A program made the position numbers and the translations under genes. Shown here piece by piece: positions 19,355 to 29,330 of a DNA stretch of 64,000 bases (position 1 is its first letter; each line of letters starts with the position of its first letter). Source of the DNA: a candidate division FCPU426 bacterium (lineage in GTDB: Bacteria; Oederibacteriota; JAAXVQ01; JAUVAV01). The stretch lies in assembly GCA_040756875.1 (NCBI GenBank), contig JBFLYH010000003.1, positions 32,001 through 96,000 of the forward strand, in the 5' to 3' direction. The notes beneath the pieces were generated by a model that saw only the letters and a list, made by a program, of their open reading frames with translations, made no database searches and had not been told where the DNA came from.

Positions 19355-20401
19355 TTATTCTCTTCTCCACAGCGATTGCGCCAGTTTGAGCACTTCGTCC
19401 TCGGACAAATCGTCCAGGCAGGCCCGCCTTCCGGCCCGGCAGGTTTCCGAATGGCAGGGCTGGCAGGGCTGGATGCACGTGGCCACCAGCGTGCGGGGCG
19501 TGGAAGGATTGTTGTTCACGGAATCGGTCGGCCCGTAACATATCAGCGTCGGCACGCCAAAGGCCTCGGCGAAATATTTGGGGCCTGAATCATTGCCCAG
19601 GAACAGCCGCGCTTCCCGGATCACCGCCGCCGCCTGGCGCAACGGCAATCCGGCCAGGATCAGAGCCGGTTCCCGCAGCTGGGAGGCGCATTCCTCCAGC
19701 AGCGCGGTTTCGGCGGCAGACCCGGTCAGCACCACCTGGCACCCCGTGGACTCTGCCAGGCTGCGGGCCACGCGCCCGAATTTCGCGGCTCCCCACTGTT
19801 TGAGCGGCCATCCTCCGCCCGGCGACACCGCCAGCAAGGGCCGGCCGGGAGTCCATCCTTGGCGGGCCAGTTGTTGGCGGGCGGCCGCTTCGTCGTCCGG
19901 AGCGAGGAAAAATTCCAGCGAACGGTCCTGGCCCTGCCAGCCCAGCAGTTCGGCGAACTGCAGGTTGAGGTCGACGACATAGCGGTGCTTGGCCACCACG
20001 GCCTGGGTGTAGAAATATTTCCTCCCCCGCAGGGCAAATCCCAGGCGGTGCGGAATGCCGCCCAGCACGCCCCAGGCCGCGGTCCGGGTCGTGCCGTACA
20101 GGTCTATAAAGAGTTCAAACCGCGCCTGCCGGATGCGCCGGATCATGTCCGCCTGTTGTTTGAGGGCGAACCAGGCCCCGCGGCCGCGCAGGTCCCCCGC
20201 CGGATGCAGCCATAGCTCGTCCACGCGGGGGTTGACGGACACCAAGTCCTGGTAGAGGTCATCCACGACCAGGGTGATCCCGGCGGCGGGAAACCGCTCC
20301 TTGAGCGCCCGCAACAGAGGCAGGGCGGTCATGATGTCGCCCAGGGCCCTGAGCTTGGCCACCAGTATGCGTTTCGGTTCGATCATGCGAAACCTTTCCA
20401 C
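19355..20401 (-). CDS. Glycosyltransferase family 9 (heptosyltransferase-like)
   Basis: KLRALGD, PGGGWPLKQW, GNDSGPK motifs. Confidence 0.9.
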   Translation of the reverse strand: MERFRMIEPKRILVAKLRALGDIMTALPLLRALKERFPAAGITLVVDDLYQDLVSVNPRVDELWLHPAGDLRGRGAWFALKQQADMIRRIRQARFELFIDLYGTTRTAAWGVLGGIPHRLGFALRGRKYFYTQAVVAKHRYVVDLNLQFAELLGWQGQDRSLEFFLAPDDEAAARQQLARQGWTPGRPLLAVSPGGGWPLKQWGAAKFGRVARSLAESTGCQVVLTGSAAETALLEECASQLREPALILAGLPLRQAAAVIREARLFLGNDSGPKYFAEAFGVPTLICYGPTDSVNNNPSTPRTLVATCIQPCQPCHSETCRAGRRACLDDLSEDEVLKLAQSLWRRE

Positions 20402-20413
20402 ATTCGAAAGATC

Positions 20414-20532
20414 ACCACGAAGGGCACGAAGCAGAGCTTCCCCGGCATAAAATATTTTCCGGACAGCCTTGGGTTGGTGGTTTTAACCCCGGCCTTTGCT
20501 TCCCTTCTTTCTTCCTGCGTGTCCTTCGTGGT
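20414..20532. repeat. Imperfect inverted-repeat element (ACCACGAAGGRCACG arms)
   Basis: accacgaagggcacgaag at 20414 pairs with ctgcgtgtccttcgtggt ending at 20532. Confidence 0.6.
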
Positions 20533-22720
20533 CCGCTTTTTTTCCGCTTTTGAGGATGGCAGCGAGCGCTTCCAGCACCAGCGCGGGCGTCACGTTGCGC
20601 CAGCATTGGGTGTCATCGCACGCGTCGCGGTGGCAGGGCCAGCACGACGGCGGCGCGTGCAGGGCCTTGTGGCCATTGCGCCCCGGATAAGCGAACCACA
20701 CCCTGGGGTCTCCGGGCCCGAACAAGCCGAGCGTGGGCGTGCCCACGGCCGGGCCCATGTGCATGGGAAACGCATCGTTCGAGACTACGGCCGCGCACTG
20801 TCGCCACAGGGCAGCCAGCTGGCCGGGCGTCAGCCCAACCGCGGCTTGCGAGCCTTTGCCGCCCAGGCGCTGGTAGGCCTTGAGCAACTCCCGCTCCAGG
20901 GGACCGAACACGAACACCGGCCGCAGTTTGAACCGGCCCTGCGCTTCGGCTGCCGCCTGCACAAAATTTTCCAGCGGCCAACGCTTGGCCGGATGGCTGC
21001 CGCCGGCGAAAAAGCCGACCAGCCTGCCCGGACGCAGGCCGCGCTGTTTGAGCCAGGCTTTGACCCACGCTTCATCCTGCCCGTCCACTTCCCAGCGCGG
21101 CCGCTGCGAAAGCTGCTTGAGGCCCAGCAGACGGAGCAGGTCATAATACGACTCCCAGGCCGGCCGCGGCCCGGGCCGGTCCGCATGAGTGACCGCGTCC
21201 AGCAGCCAGTCCCAGCCGCGGACCTGGGGCCCCAGCCGGAAGCGGGCTCCGCTGAACGCGGCCAGCAGCACGGTGCGGGGATTTCCGAAGAGGTCGCAGG
21301 TCGCGTCGTAATCCCCGCGCCGGATCGCGAGCAGTGTGCGCCACCAGTCAGCCAGGTCGCGCCGCGCCAGGACCAGGACCTGGCGCCAGCCGGCCTTGCC
21401 GCCGGCCGCGGCCGCGCTGGCAGGCTCGGTCAGCAGGTCGATCTCCGCGGCCGGATAGTCGCGCGCGAGCAGGCGCGGCACGCCGGAGGCGAGCAGTACG
21501 TCGCCTAAAAAGCGGGGCCGCAAAAACAGCACGCGCGGGGCAACGGGCAGCAGGCTGTCCGCGGCGCCCAGGGCCGGCAGCAGCCCGGCGAGGAAATATA
21601 CGAGGGTAATGACCTGCGAAGTCCCGAAATTGAACTCGAACAATCCGTTGACTGCAAAACCCAGAAAGGCCAGGCTGAGCCCCAGCGCGGTCCCGGCGCG
21701 CTCCGGCGCCGAGAAACGCAGGCGCCGCCAGAGGCCCAGGCCCCAGGCCAGCAGGGCGACGATCCACCACGCATACAGGCCCGCAGCGGCCAGGCCGCCG
21801 TTGATGGCCATTTGCATCAGGGTGTTGTGCACGTGCGGCGGCCGCTGCTCCAGGGCCCGGGGATCAGCCACGCTGCCGTACACTTCGGACAGATTGTCCA
21901 CGCCATACCCGAGCAGGGGGTTCCGCTGGATCAGTTTCAGGCCCGAGGCCCACATGTATTTGCGTTCCACGTTGCTGGAATGGTATTTGGAGGTGAGCGT
22001 CCACACGCGCTGAGCCACGGGCGAGCGCGGGAACAGGACCAGCCCCAGGACCGCAGCCGCCGCGGCCACGGCCACCCAGCGCCAGTCGCGGATCAACCCC
22101 AGCATTACCAGGGCCACGGCCGCGCCGATCCAGGAGGAACGGGTGTAGGTCAGGAGCAGGGCTGTCGCAAGGAGCAGCACGCAGGCCAGCCAGGCCCAAC
22201 GGTGGGGCGCGCGCGCGTACACCCAGCGGCTGGCCGCCAGAATCAGGGCCAGCATGAACATGCCCCCAGCTGCCATATAATCGCCGGAGAACGACTGGGC
22301 GCGGCCGCCGTCCAGGTGCAGCAGGTGCATGACGATCGCCCAGACAGCGCACAGCGAAGCGCCCAGCAGGAACCAGGTGGTGAGGCGCTCGGCTTTCAGG
22401 GGATGCGACACCAAGCCGGCTGTCGCGAAGAAGGCCAGCATCAGGCCGACTTTGCGCACGCCGAACAGGCTGGGGTTGAGCCGGCCGGCCAGGAAAGAGG
22501 ACAGGACCAGCACGGCGGCCAGGAGCAGCAAAGGCAGGGTCACTGGCGTGTCCGGCAGCTTCCAGCCGCGGCGCCAGGCCATGCCTAGAACCCAGGCTGC
22601 GGCCGCGAGCCAGATGAAATTCTGGAGCGAAATGCTGGCCACGGCGAACAGGGCGAAAGCGGTCAGTGACCAGCGCCCCAGCCTTTCGGCCGCCAGTTGC
22701 CGGGAGTCCGGGCGAGCCAC
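20483..22720 (-). CDS. O-antigen ligase-like membrane domain fused to a GT9 heptosyltransferase domain
   Basis: N-terminal multi-TM region with TYTRSSW, ERKYMW, NPLLGYG, HVHN; C-terminal RFLGDVLL, GGSHPAKRWP, SNDAFPMH. Confidence 0.85.
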   Translation of the reverse strand: MARPDSRQLAAERLGRWSLTAFALFAVASISLQNFIWLAAAAWVLGMAWRRGWKLPDTPVTLPLLLLAAVLVLSSFLAGRLNPSLFGVRKVGLMLAFFATAGLVSHPLKAERLTTWFLLGASLCAVWAIVMHLLHLDGGRAQSFSGDYMAAGGMFMLALILAASRWVYARAPHRWAWLACVLLLATALLLTYTRSSWIGAAVALVMLGLIRDWRWVAVAAAAAVLGLVLFPRSPVAQRVWTLTSKYHSSNVERKYMWASGLKLIQRNPLLGYGVDNLSEVYGSVADPRALEQRPPHVHNTLMQMAINGGLAAAGLYAWWIVALLAWGLGLWRRLRFSAPERAGTALGLSLAFLGFAVNGLFEFNFGTSQVITLVYFLAGLLPALGAADSLLPVAPRVLFLRPRFLGDVLLASGVPRLLARDYPAAEIDLLTEPASAAAAGGKAGWRQVLVLARRDLADWWRTLLAIRRGDYDATCDLFGNPRTVLLAAFSGARFRLGPQVRGWDWLLDAVTHADRPGPRPAWESYYDLLRLLGLKQLSQRPRWEVDGQDEAWVKAWLKQRGLRPGRLVGFFAGGSHPAKRWPLENFVQAAAEAQGRFKLRPVFVFGPLERELLKAYQRLGGKGSQAAVGLTPGQLAALWRQCAAVVSNDAFPMHMGPAVGTPTLGLFGPGDPRVWFAYPGRNGHKALHAPPSCWPCHRDACDDTQCWRNVTPALVLEALAAILKSGKKADHEGHAGRKKGSKGRG

Positions 22721-22721
22721 T

Positions 22722-23435
22722 TTAACGCCTCCTCCAGCCGCGGTACCACAGATACCAGCCGGACACCTTCCGCCTAAACGCGGCCAGGGAATCCCCGGCC
22801 TTGACGTACACGCGGCGCAGGGCCAGGAGGTCCGCGGTCACGGACGCAGTCTGCGGCGAAGTGGCGCAGGCCGTCCAGTATCCGGCCCCGGCCACCGCGT
22901 CCCTGACCCGGCGGTCCCACTCGCCAAACGGATAACTGAAAGACAGAACCGGCGCGCCCAGCATCTGTTCCAGATCCTGCCTCGAGCCTTGGATCTCCCC
23001 GGCCAGCGCCGGGTCGTCGAGCCGGGGCAAATGGGCGTGCGTGCGGCTGTGAGACCCGATCTCCCAGCCCTGGCCGGCCAGGCGACGCAACTGTCCGGCG
23101 TCCGCGCAAGGCACGCGGCCGTCGTCCCAGAAATTATTCTTGCCGACTGCGCTCGAGACCGCGAAGGCCGTGGCCGCAAACCCCACCCCGGATAAAACCG
23201 ACTGCGCCCTCTCCAGGCTTGCCTGGTAAGCGTCGTCAAACGTAATGACCACCGGCCGCTTGGGCAGCGGCGCCCCGCCCGCGCAGGCCGCGGCCACCCG
23301 GCCCAGGCTCACGCTGTGAAAGCCGCTGCCAGCCAGCCAGCGCACCTGGCGGGCAAATGCGTCCAAGGTCACACCCAACTGGTCCTGGGGCTGGTCCAGC
23401 AGCAGATGGTGGTACATTAATATTGGAAGGTTCAC
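22722..23435 (-). CDS. Polysaccharide deacetylase (CE4/NodB fold)
   Basis: PILMYH, ITFDDAY, EIGSHSRTH, FSYPFG; GTG start at 23435 with GGAG RBS overlapping the upstream stop. Confidence 0.88.
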   Translation of the reverse strand: MNLPILMYHHLLLDQPQDQLGVTLDAFARQVRWLAGSGFHSVSLGRVAAACAGGAPLPKRPVVITFDDAYQASLERAQSVLSGVGFAATAFAVSSAVGKNNFWDDGRVPCADAGQLRRLAGQGWEIGSHSRTHAHLPRLDDPALAGEIQGSRQDLEQMLGAPVLSFSYPFGEWDRRVRDAVAGAGYWTACATSPQTASVTADLLALRRVYVKAGDSLAAFRRKVSGWYLWYRGWRRR

Positions 23436-25702
23436 GGTTGCTCCTGGCTGCCCAAGGACAGCACGCTGTTCTCCGCCTGCAGCGTCCCCAGGCGGATCCG
23501 GCCCGGAAACCCCGCCAGTTTGAACAGGGGGTTGAAATCCTCCACCCACGGTTGCAGCAGCCAGCCAGGGAGGGTCAGACCCAGCCCCGCCGCGCTTTGC
23601 AGGTCAAAACGCAAGTTCTGGGAGTCCGGAAGGTGCGGGTCCGGGACGACGCTCAGACGCAGCCGGACGCTGGCCTCGGGTTTGCCCTGCCAGAGGGCGG
23701 TGACCCGGCCGGCGCTGAATTCCAGGCTCAAGCGCTGCAGATCGCCTTCAGCCTCGGCCAGGTCGTCGTTGACCGCTTCAGCCTGCAAATTGAGGCTGTG
23801 CACGGTCAGGCTGCCGACATCGTACAGCACCAGGCGGCCCTCCTGCCAGGCTTCCCAGTCGAACACCACGGGTGCGACCTCCACGTCCAGCTGTTCGCAG
23901 TGCACGCCGAAAGGTTTGTGTTTGAAATCGCCGAGCAGGGCCTGCTGGGCGCGGACGCGGACCGACTGCAGATGCCCCAACTGGGTCTCCTGCTCCGAGG
24001 CGGGCGTCACCTGGATCGTCATGGCGGCCGCGTTCTTGACGTACGCGGCCAGGAGGGCGGCCAGGCCGCTCTCCACCTGTTTCAACATCTCAGGCGCGGG
24101 CGCGGCGGCGGCCGCCACTTCCCGGCGCCGGTAAAGCAGGGCTTCGCTCTGATCGGGCAGGGGGTACCGGCCCACCAGCTCGAACCTCCGGCCGGCCGGA
24201 CTGCCGGGGTCCAGCAGCTCGCGGGTGATGGCCTGGGGCTTTTCCACGGCGAAGTCCAGGCCCAGGCTTCCGGTCTTGGTGACCGCGAAATCCGTGAACG
24301 CGGGCCAATCCGTGGCGCCGGACAGCTGGACGCGGCTGCGCCGGCCGGCCTGCGCGACCACGAACGCCACTTTGGAAAACGCCGCGTGGTCCGGAATGAC
24401 CCGCAGGATGGGCGGACGCGCCATGCCCTGGGACAGGCTTTCCACTTCGGCCAGGATCGTCTCCAGGGGCCACACGCGCGGGTCAGGCGCCAGGGATTCC
24501 ACCAGGGGCGAACCGGCGAGGCGGAAAGACAACGCCTGGTGCACCCATCCGGCGTTTTGGCCTACGTGCACGTACGCCAGCTGGAGCAATGCCAGCAGCA
24601 TCAGCACCTGGACCGTGCGGCGCCGGGCCCGGGGGCTCAGGTCCGCCAAGGCCGAAACGCCGGCCAGGCAGATCAAGGGCAGCAGGGGCAGGGTGTAGCG
24701 GTTGTCCTTATTGCGGATCAGGGTCAGCACCAGATAAGGCGCGCCCAGCCACCAGGCCCACCACAGGCCCTGGCCCCGGCCCCGGCGGATCAGTGCCCAC
24801 GCCAGGCCGGCCAGCACGGCCAGGCCCAGGGGCCAGCCCAGCTGGCGCAGCACGCTGAGCAGGTAATACCACCAGGCTGCCGGCGACAGCAAAGAGGGGT
24901 CGTTTTCAAGCACGCCGCGGGCGTGGAAATAGCCCGACGTGTTCCGCACGAGCTTCAGCAGGTGGGCGGCGTACCAGGGGCCGGCCAGAAGCGCGGCCAG
25001 GCCCAGGGCCAAAAACGCGTTCCGTAGCCACACCGAGGCCCTGATTTCGCCCCGGCTCACGGCCGTGAGGCCCGCTCCCAGCGGCGGCAGCAGCAGGAAA
25101 AAGACCGCGCTCCACTTGGTGAGCAGGGCCAGGCCGAATACCGCGCCGAATCCCAGGGACCACCTCAGCCTGGCGAAGGCTTCGCTGCGAAGGAAAAAAT
25201 AATAGCCCAGCAGCACCCAAAAGGTCAGCGGCAGGTCGAGCATGAAAAATTTCGCCTGCAGGCACACCATGGAGCCGGCTGCGAACAGGTACGCAGCCCC
25301 TGCGCCCTGCAGGCCGTCGCCCTGCCTGCGGCCCAGGAGGAATAAAAGCAGCAGAATGCCCAACACGTAGACGGTGTTGAAAAAAGCCGCGCGGTCCGGG
25401 CCCGGACCGAACAGCAAAAAAGCGGCGCCGGCCGCGGACTCGGCCAGCGGCGGGTAGAAATCCGACTGGTACAGCAGGCGCGGCAGCAAACCCGGCCCGT
25501 GGTCGTGCAGGATGCGGTAATACCCCAGGGCGCCCATGTAGTGGATGGATTCATCCCAGGCGAACGGCCGCTGGTCCGCGGTCAGCCACAAGGCCTGGCT
25601 GAGGGTCCAGGCCACGGCCAGCGCGGCCAGCCACGCCCACGGCGCCCGGCCGGCGGCCTCTGGTTGCGGCCGGGCCGGGGCGGGAATTTTCAGTTTTCGC
25701 AT
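23432..25702 (-). CDS. ArnT/PMT-like (GT39/GT83) membrane glycosyltransferase with a large C-terminal soluble extension
   Basis: WDESIH, YPPL, LALLTKW, GPWY, KDNRYTLP; multiple TM helices; ATG at 25702 inferred. Confidence 0.8.
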   Translation of the reverse strand: MRKLKIPAPARPQPEAAGRAPWAWLAALAVAWTLSQALWLTADQRPFAWDESIHYMGALGYYRILHDHGPGLLPRLLYQSDFYPPLAESAAGAAFLLFGPGPDRAAFFNTVYVLGILLLLFLLGRRQGDGLQGAGAAYLFAAGSMVCLQAKFFMLDLPLTFWVLLGYYFFLRSEAFARLRWSLGFGAVFGLALLTKWSAVFFLLLPPLGAGLTAVSRGEIRASVWLRNAFLALGLAALLAGPWYAAHLLKLVRNTSGYFHARGVLENDPSLLSPAAWWYYLLSVLRQLGWPLGLAVLAGLAWALIRRGRGQGLWWAWWLGAPYLVLTLIRNKDNRYTLPLLPLICLAGVSALADLSPRARRRTVQVLMLLALLQLAYVHVGQNAGWVHQALSFRLAGSPLVESLAPDPRVWPLETILAEVESLSQGMARPPILRVIPDHAAFSKVAFVVAQAGRRSRVQLSGATDWPAFTDFAVTKTGSLGLDFAVEKPQAITRELLDPGSPAGRRFELVGRYPLPDQSEALLYRRREVAAAAAPAPEMLKQVESGLAALLAAYVKNAAAMTIQVTPASEQETQLGHLQSVRVRAQQALLGDFKHKPFGVHCEQLDVEVAPVVFDWEAWQEGRLVLYDVGSLTVHSLNLQAEAVNDDLAEAEGDLQRLSLEFSAGRVTALWQGKPEASVRLRLSVVPDPHLPDSQNLRFDLQSAAGLGLTLPGWLLQPWVEDFNPLFKLAGFPGRIRLGTLQAENSVLSLGSQEQP

Positions 25703-25725
25703 ATCCAGCGTCAACAAGGTGTCGG

Positions 25726-26709
25726 TTATCCCTTCAGAAAATGATGCACCGCGGCCTGAAATAAATCCTCGGAACCGATGTCCGCGACCCGGCCGCTCTG
25801 CGAACGCACCACTGCGTGCTGGTCCTGGGCATAGGGATGCCATTCGGCCAGCGGTTCGTCGGTCCACAGGGTGAGGGTCTTCGCGCCCACGGCCACGGCC
25901 ACGTGCTTGGGCCCGGAATCCGCGGTCACCACGCCGGCGGAGAGGCGGAAGAGGGCGCCGGCCTGGCGCAGGCTCTGGTTGAAAATCACCGGCTCATCGT
26001 CCAGTTCGCGCTGGATGAGCCGGGCGGTTTCTTCCTCCGCCTGGCCGGCCAAAAGCACCCACGGTCCGGGAAACCGCTGCCTGGCCAGGCGCAAGAATTT
26101 CACGGCCAGGTCGAGCGGGCAGGCTTTGTGCGCTTTGCCCGCGCCCGGCGCCAGGACCCAGAAAGGCTGGTGCGGCGCCACGCCGTGGTCTTCCAGGTAT
26201 TCCTTCGCTGTGCGCAAGTCCTCGGTGGAGAGCGGGAAATCCAGGTCCGCGCCGTCGTCCGGCACGCCCAGGGCCCGGACAGCGTCCAGGTCCCGCTCGA
26301 TCGCGGATTTGGACACCTTGGGCGCCGCGATGGGGATCGTGGCGAAAAAATTCCGGCCGCTGTGGTTGTGGACCACGCGCCAGCCCGCGCCCGTGGCCAG
26401 GCCCAGCAGGGCCGTGCGCAGCGAGGCGTGCAGGGCCATCACGCCGTCGTAGTGGAAAGACCGCAGCTCGGCCATCAACCGCAGGGCGGCCGGCCAGCCT
26501 TTGTCCGCCATGACCATGACCCGGTCCACGTAGGGATTCGCGGACAGCACTTCCCTGCCCGCGGCCGAGACCAGTACGGACAATCCGGCGCGGGGATAGG
26601 CCTGGCGCAGGGCGCGCAGGGCCGGCGTGGCGAGCAATGTGTCGCCCAGTCCCCGGACCTTGATGACCAGCAGGTTGTCCGCGGCAGGCGGCAGGCGGGG
26701 GTCAGGCAT
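25726..26709 (-). CDS. Glycosyltransferase family 9
   Basis: RGLGDTLLATP, TADSGPKHVA. Confidence 0.9.
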   Translation of the reverse strand: MPDPRLPPAADNLLVIKVRGLGDTLLATPALRALRQAYPRAGLSVLVSAAGREVLSANPYVDRVMVMADKGWPAALRLMAELRSFHYDGVMALHASLRTALLGLATGAGWRVVHNHSGRNFFATIPIAAPKVSKSAIERDLDAVRALGVPDDGADLDFPLSTEDLRTAKEYLEDHGVAPHQPFWVLAPGAGKAHKACPLDLAVKFLRLARQRFPGPWVLLAGQAEEETARLIQRELDDEPVIFNQSLRQAGALFRLSAGVVTADSGPKHVAVAVGAKTLTLWTDEPLAEWHPYAQDQHAVVRSQSGRVADIGSEDLFQAAVHHFLKG

Positions 26710-27724
26710 TTTTTACGGACCCGGCTGAAAGCAGGGACAGCAGGGCCTGCTCGACTTGGTTGACCGTCAGTTTCAGCATGCAGTCCAGGTGCCCGGGCCG
26801 GCATTCGTTGCGCACGCAGGGCGCGCAGGCCACGCTGTTGTCCCGCAGAATCCGGCCGCTGGCCCCGAACGGCCCGGTGACCCGCGAGTCCGCAGCGCCT
26901 TGCAGCACCAGTACCGGTACGTTCTGAGCATAGGCCAGGTGCATGGCCCCGGAATCGTTGCTGACCAGGGCGTCAAGCCGCCGGATCACGGCCATCACCT
27001 CCCGCAGGCCGGTTTGGCCCGCCAGGTTCAGGAGCGGCGCGCCGGCCAGGCGTTCTACGGCCAGGGCCGCTTCCCGGTCGCCGGGGCTGCCGATCAGCAC
27101 CACCCGCTTTCCCTGCCTGATCAGGCGGCCGGCCAGTTCCGCGTAGCGTTCGGCCGGCCAGCGCCGGCTCAAGGCCACGGAACCCGGCGCCAGGCCGACC
27201 AAAGGTCCGGATTTCGGGCCCAGCCGTTCGTCCGCCCGCGCCAGCTCCGCGTCCGTGACTTTGAGGTCAAAGCGCCAGGACTCGCACAGGTCCGCGTCCG
27301 CCCCAGCCAGCCGGGCCAGGGCTAGATACGCCTTGGGCCTGGGCCACTGCTCCTGTTCCGTGCCCCAGGCCGCGGCCCGGGTCAACAGCCAGGCCCGAAG
27401 TTCCGTGGCATAACCCACCCGCTGCCCGCAGCCCGCCCGCCAGGCCAGCCAAGCCGAGGAAAAGGAATTCGGCAGGATCACGGCCGTGTGGTAGCGTTCG
27501 CGGCGCAGAGCGCCGAGGCTCGTGCCCCAGGGAACGATCCGCTCCACGTCCGGATGCCGTTCCCAAACCGGCGCCACCCAGGGCTTGGCCCACACGTGCA
27601 CTTGGCAATCCGGGCAACTGCCCTTCAGCGCCCGCGCCACGGGCAGGGCCATCACCGCGTCGCCCACCCAGTTGGGGCTGCGCACCAGTATTTTCACGCC
27701 CGCAGGCATGGCTTGGCCGGTCAC
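26702..27724 (-). CDS. waaF: LPS heptosyltransferase II (GT9)
   Basis: RSPNWVGDAVM, LPNSFSSA, SNDSGAMHLA typical of WaaF. Confidence 0.8.
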   Translation of the reverse strand: MTGQAMPAGVKILVRSPNWVGDAVMALPVARALKGSCPDCQVHVWAKPWVAPVWERHPDVERIVPWGTSLGALRRERYHTAVILPNSFSSAWLAWRAGCGQRVGYATELRAWLLTRAAAWGTEQEQWPRPKAYLALARLAGADADLCESWRFDLKVTDAELARADERLGPKSGPLVGLAPGSVALSRRWPAERYAELAGRLIRQGKRVVLIGSPGDREAALAVERLAGAPLLNLAGQTGLREVMAVIRRLDALVSNDSGAMHLAYAQNVPVLVLQGAADSRVTGPFGASGRILRDNSVACAPCVRNECRPGHLDCMLKLTVNQVEQALLSLLSAGSVKNA

Positions 27725-28545
27725 TGCGACACTTCCCCTTGTCGCCGGCCGCGGCCGCGGGAAAACAAGGTGGCCAGGACCGGCAGTTTCTCGCCGCGCG
27801 CCGAAAAAGTCTCCCAGGCTTTCAACTCGCTGGCGAACACGTACGCCGCCGAGAAAGCGTGGAACAGAAATCCGGCCAGGCCGTCCCTGAAGCCCGCCTT
27901 AAACACATAGGCTTTCAGCCAGCGGTGCCAGGGTTTGAGCAGCAGGTCATAGCCGCCGGGCCGCCGGCCCTGCGCCACGATCCGTTCGGCCTCGGCGTCG
28001 GTGTAGGCGTTGAACTTGCCGAAGTAATGCGCCAGGTTGCGGTAGGAAAAATGCAGCAGGTCTCCGGTCAGGTTCCCCTGGGGGCCGTCCACGGCCACGC
28101 CGCGGTGCAGGCCCACTTCCGGATACCCGCCCTTGCCCCGGCGGAAAAACCGCAGGTGCAGGTCCGGATACAGGCCGCCGTGCCTGAGCCAGCGGCCAAA
28201 ATGGTAATTGCGGATCGGGACCCAGTAGCCGTCGCAGGCGCCGGGATCGCTGTCGAGCCGCCGCAGTTCGTCCCGCAATTCGGGCGTCACCCGTTCGTCC
28301 GCGTCCACAATCAGCACCCAGTCCTGGGTCAGCTGCGCCAGCCCGAACACGCGGGCCGGCTCCGGGTACCCGTGGCGCCCGGAAAACACCGCTACCCGCG
28401 CGCCCGCGGCCCGCGCCAGTTCCACGGTCCGGTCCGTGCTCTCGTTGTCCACCACGACGATTTCGTCGCAGAACGCCAGCGAGGCCAGGCAGTCCGGCAG
28501 GTTGCGTTCCTCGTTGTAGGTGTGAACCACCGCCGAGATGGTCAT
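27721..28545 (-). CDS. Glycosyltransferase family 2 (WaaE/KdtX-like LPS beta-1,4-glucosyltransferase)
   Basis: MTISAVVHTYNEE, VDNESTDRT, VDADE, GGLYPD, GFRDGLAG; start 28545 overlaps the upstream stop. Confidence 0.88.
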   Translation of the reverse strand: MTISAVVHTYNEERNLPDCLASLAFCDEIVVVDNESTDRTVELARAAGARVAVFSGRHGYPEPARVFGLAQLTQDWVLIVDADERVTPELRDELRRLDSDPGACDGYWVPIRNYHFGRWLRHGGLYPDLHLRFFRRGKGGYPEVGLHRGVAVDGPQGNLTGDLLHFSYRNLAHYFGKFNAYTDAEAERIVAQGRRPGGYDLLLKPWHRWLKAYVFKAGFRDGLAGFLFHAFSAAYVFASELKAWETFSARGEKLPVLATLFSRGRGRRQGEVSQ

Positions 28546-29330
28546 GCCGCGGGCCGGCCCTTTTCCCGCGCCGTCTGCCGGTACAGGGCCTCGTAGGTGC
28601 GCATCATGAGGCGCCGGTCGAAATGCTGCTGCACGCGCATGCGGGCGTTCTCCCCCATTTGATGCCGTTCCAGCGGGTTGGCCAGCAGAAAAGCAACCGC
28701 GTCGGCCATGGCTTCGGGCGACTGCGGAGTCACCAGCAGTCCGGTCTCGCCGTGCACCACGATCTCCGGCACGCCGCCGGCCCGGGTGGCCACCACCGGA
28801 ATGCCGCGCGCCATGGCTTCGATCAGTACCAGGCCGAAGGGTTCGCAGTCGCTGGGCAGGACAAAAACGTCCAGAGCGGACAGAAAGCGGCCGATGTCCT
28901 CCATGAAGCCGGTGTACTTCAGGACTCCCAGGGTCCTCAGGTTGCGGCCCCGCATCCACAGGGAGGTGGCAAAGGCATTGTCCGCGGCATAGGCCTTGCC
29001 GCCCAGCAGAAACCGCGCCCAGGGATTGCGCTCGTACACCAGTTCGCAGGCCGCGATGAAATACGGGAAACCCTTGTTCGGGCGCCAGATGCCCGTGGTG
29101 CCGGCCACCGGCATGTCGATGGGAATTTCCAGGTCTTCCCGCAGGGGCGAGGGGAACTCTTTTTTAACGGCGGTTTGCGTGCCGCAGTGGATCAGGCGGC
29201 ACTGGTCCGCCGGCACGCCATAGCTTTCCACCAGCTGGCGCACGTAGTCGGAGATGCAGACGAAGCCGGCCGTGTATTTCGCCAGACTGCGCATGGCCCG
29301 GCCCACGTATCCGCCCGGACCCTGGCTCAC
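28542..29330 (-). CDS. Glycosyltransferase family 4, C-terminal part
   Basis: DVFVLPSDCEPFGLVLIEAMARG, GGVPEIV; lacks the N-terminal GT-B segment, which is in the upstream ORF. Confidence 0.75.
   Translation of the reverse strand: MSQGPGGYVGRAMRSLAKYTAGFVCISDYVRQLVESYGVPADQCRLIHCGTQTAVKKEFPSPLREDLEIPIDMPVAGTTGIWRPNKGFPYFIAACELVYERNPWARFLLGGKAYAADNAFATSLWMRGRNLRTLGVLKYTGFMEDIGRFLSALDVFVLPSDCEPFGLVLIEAMARGIPVVATRAGGVPEIVVHGETGLLVTPQSPEAMADAVAFLLANPLERHQMGENARMRVQQHFDRRLMMRTYEALYRQTAREKGRPAA

Noticed and set aside
29327-29329. TGA in the GT4 gene as selenocysteine or stop read-through
   Set aside because: The downstream homologous sequence is in a different frame, so read-through would not restore the protein
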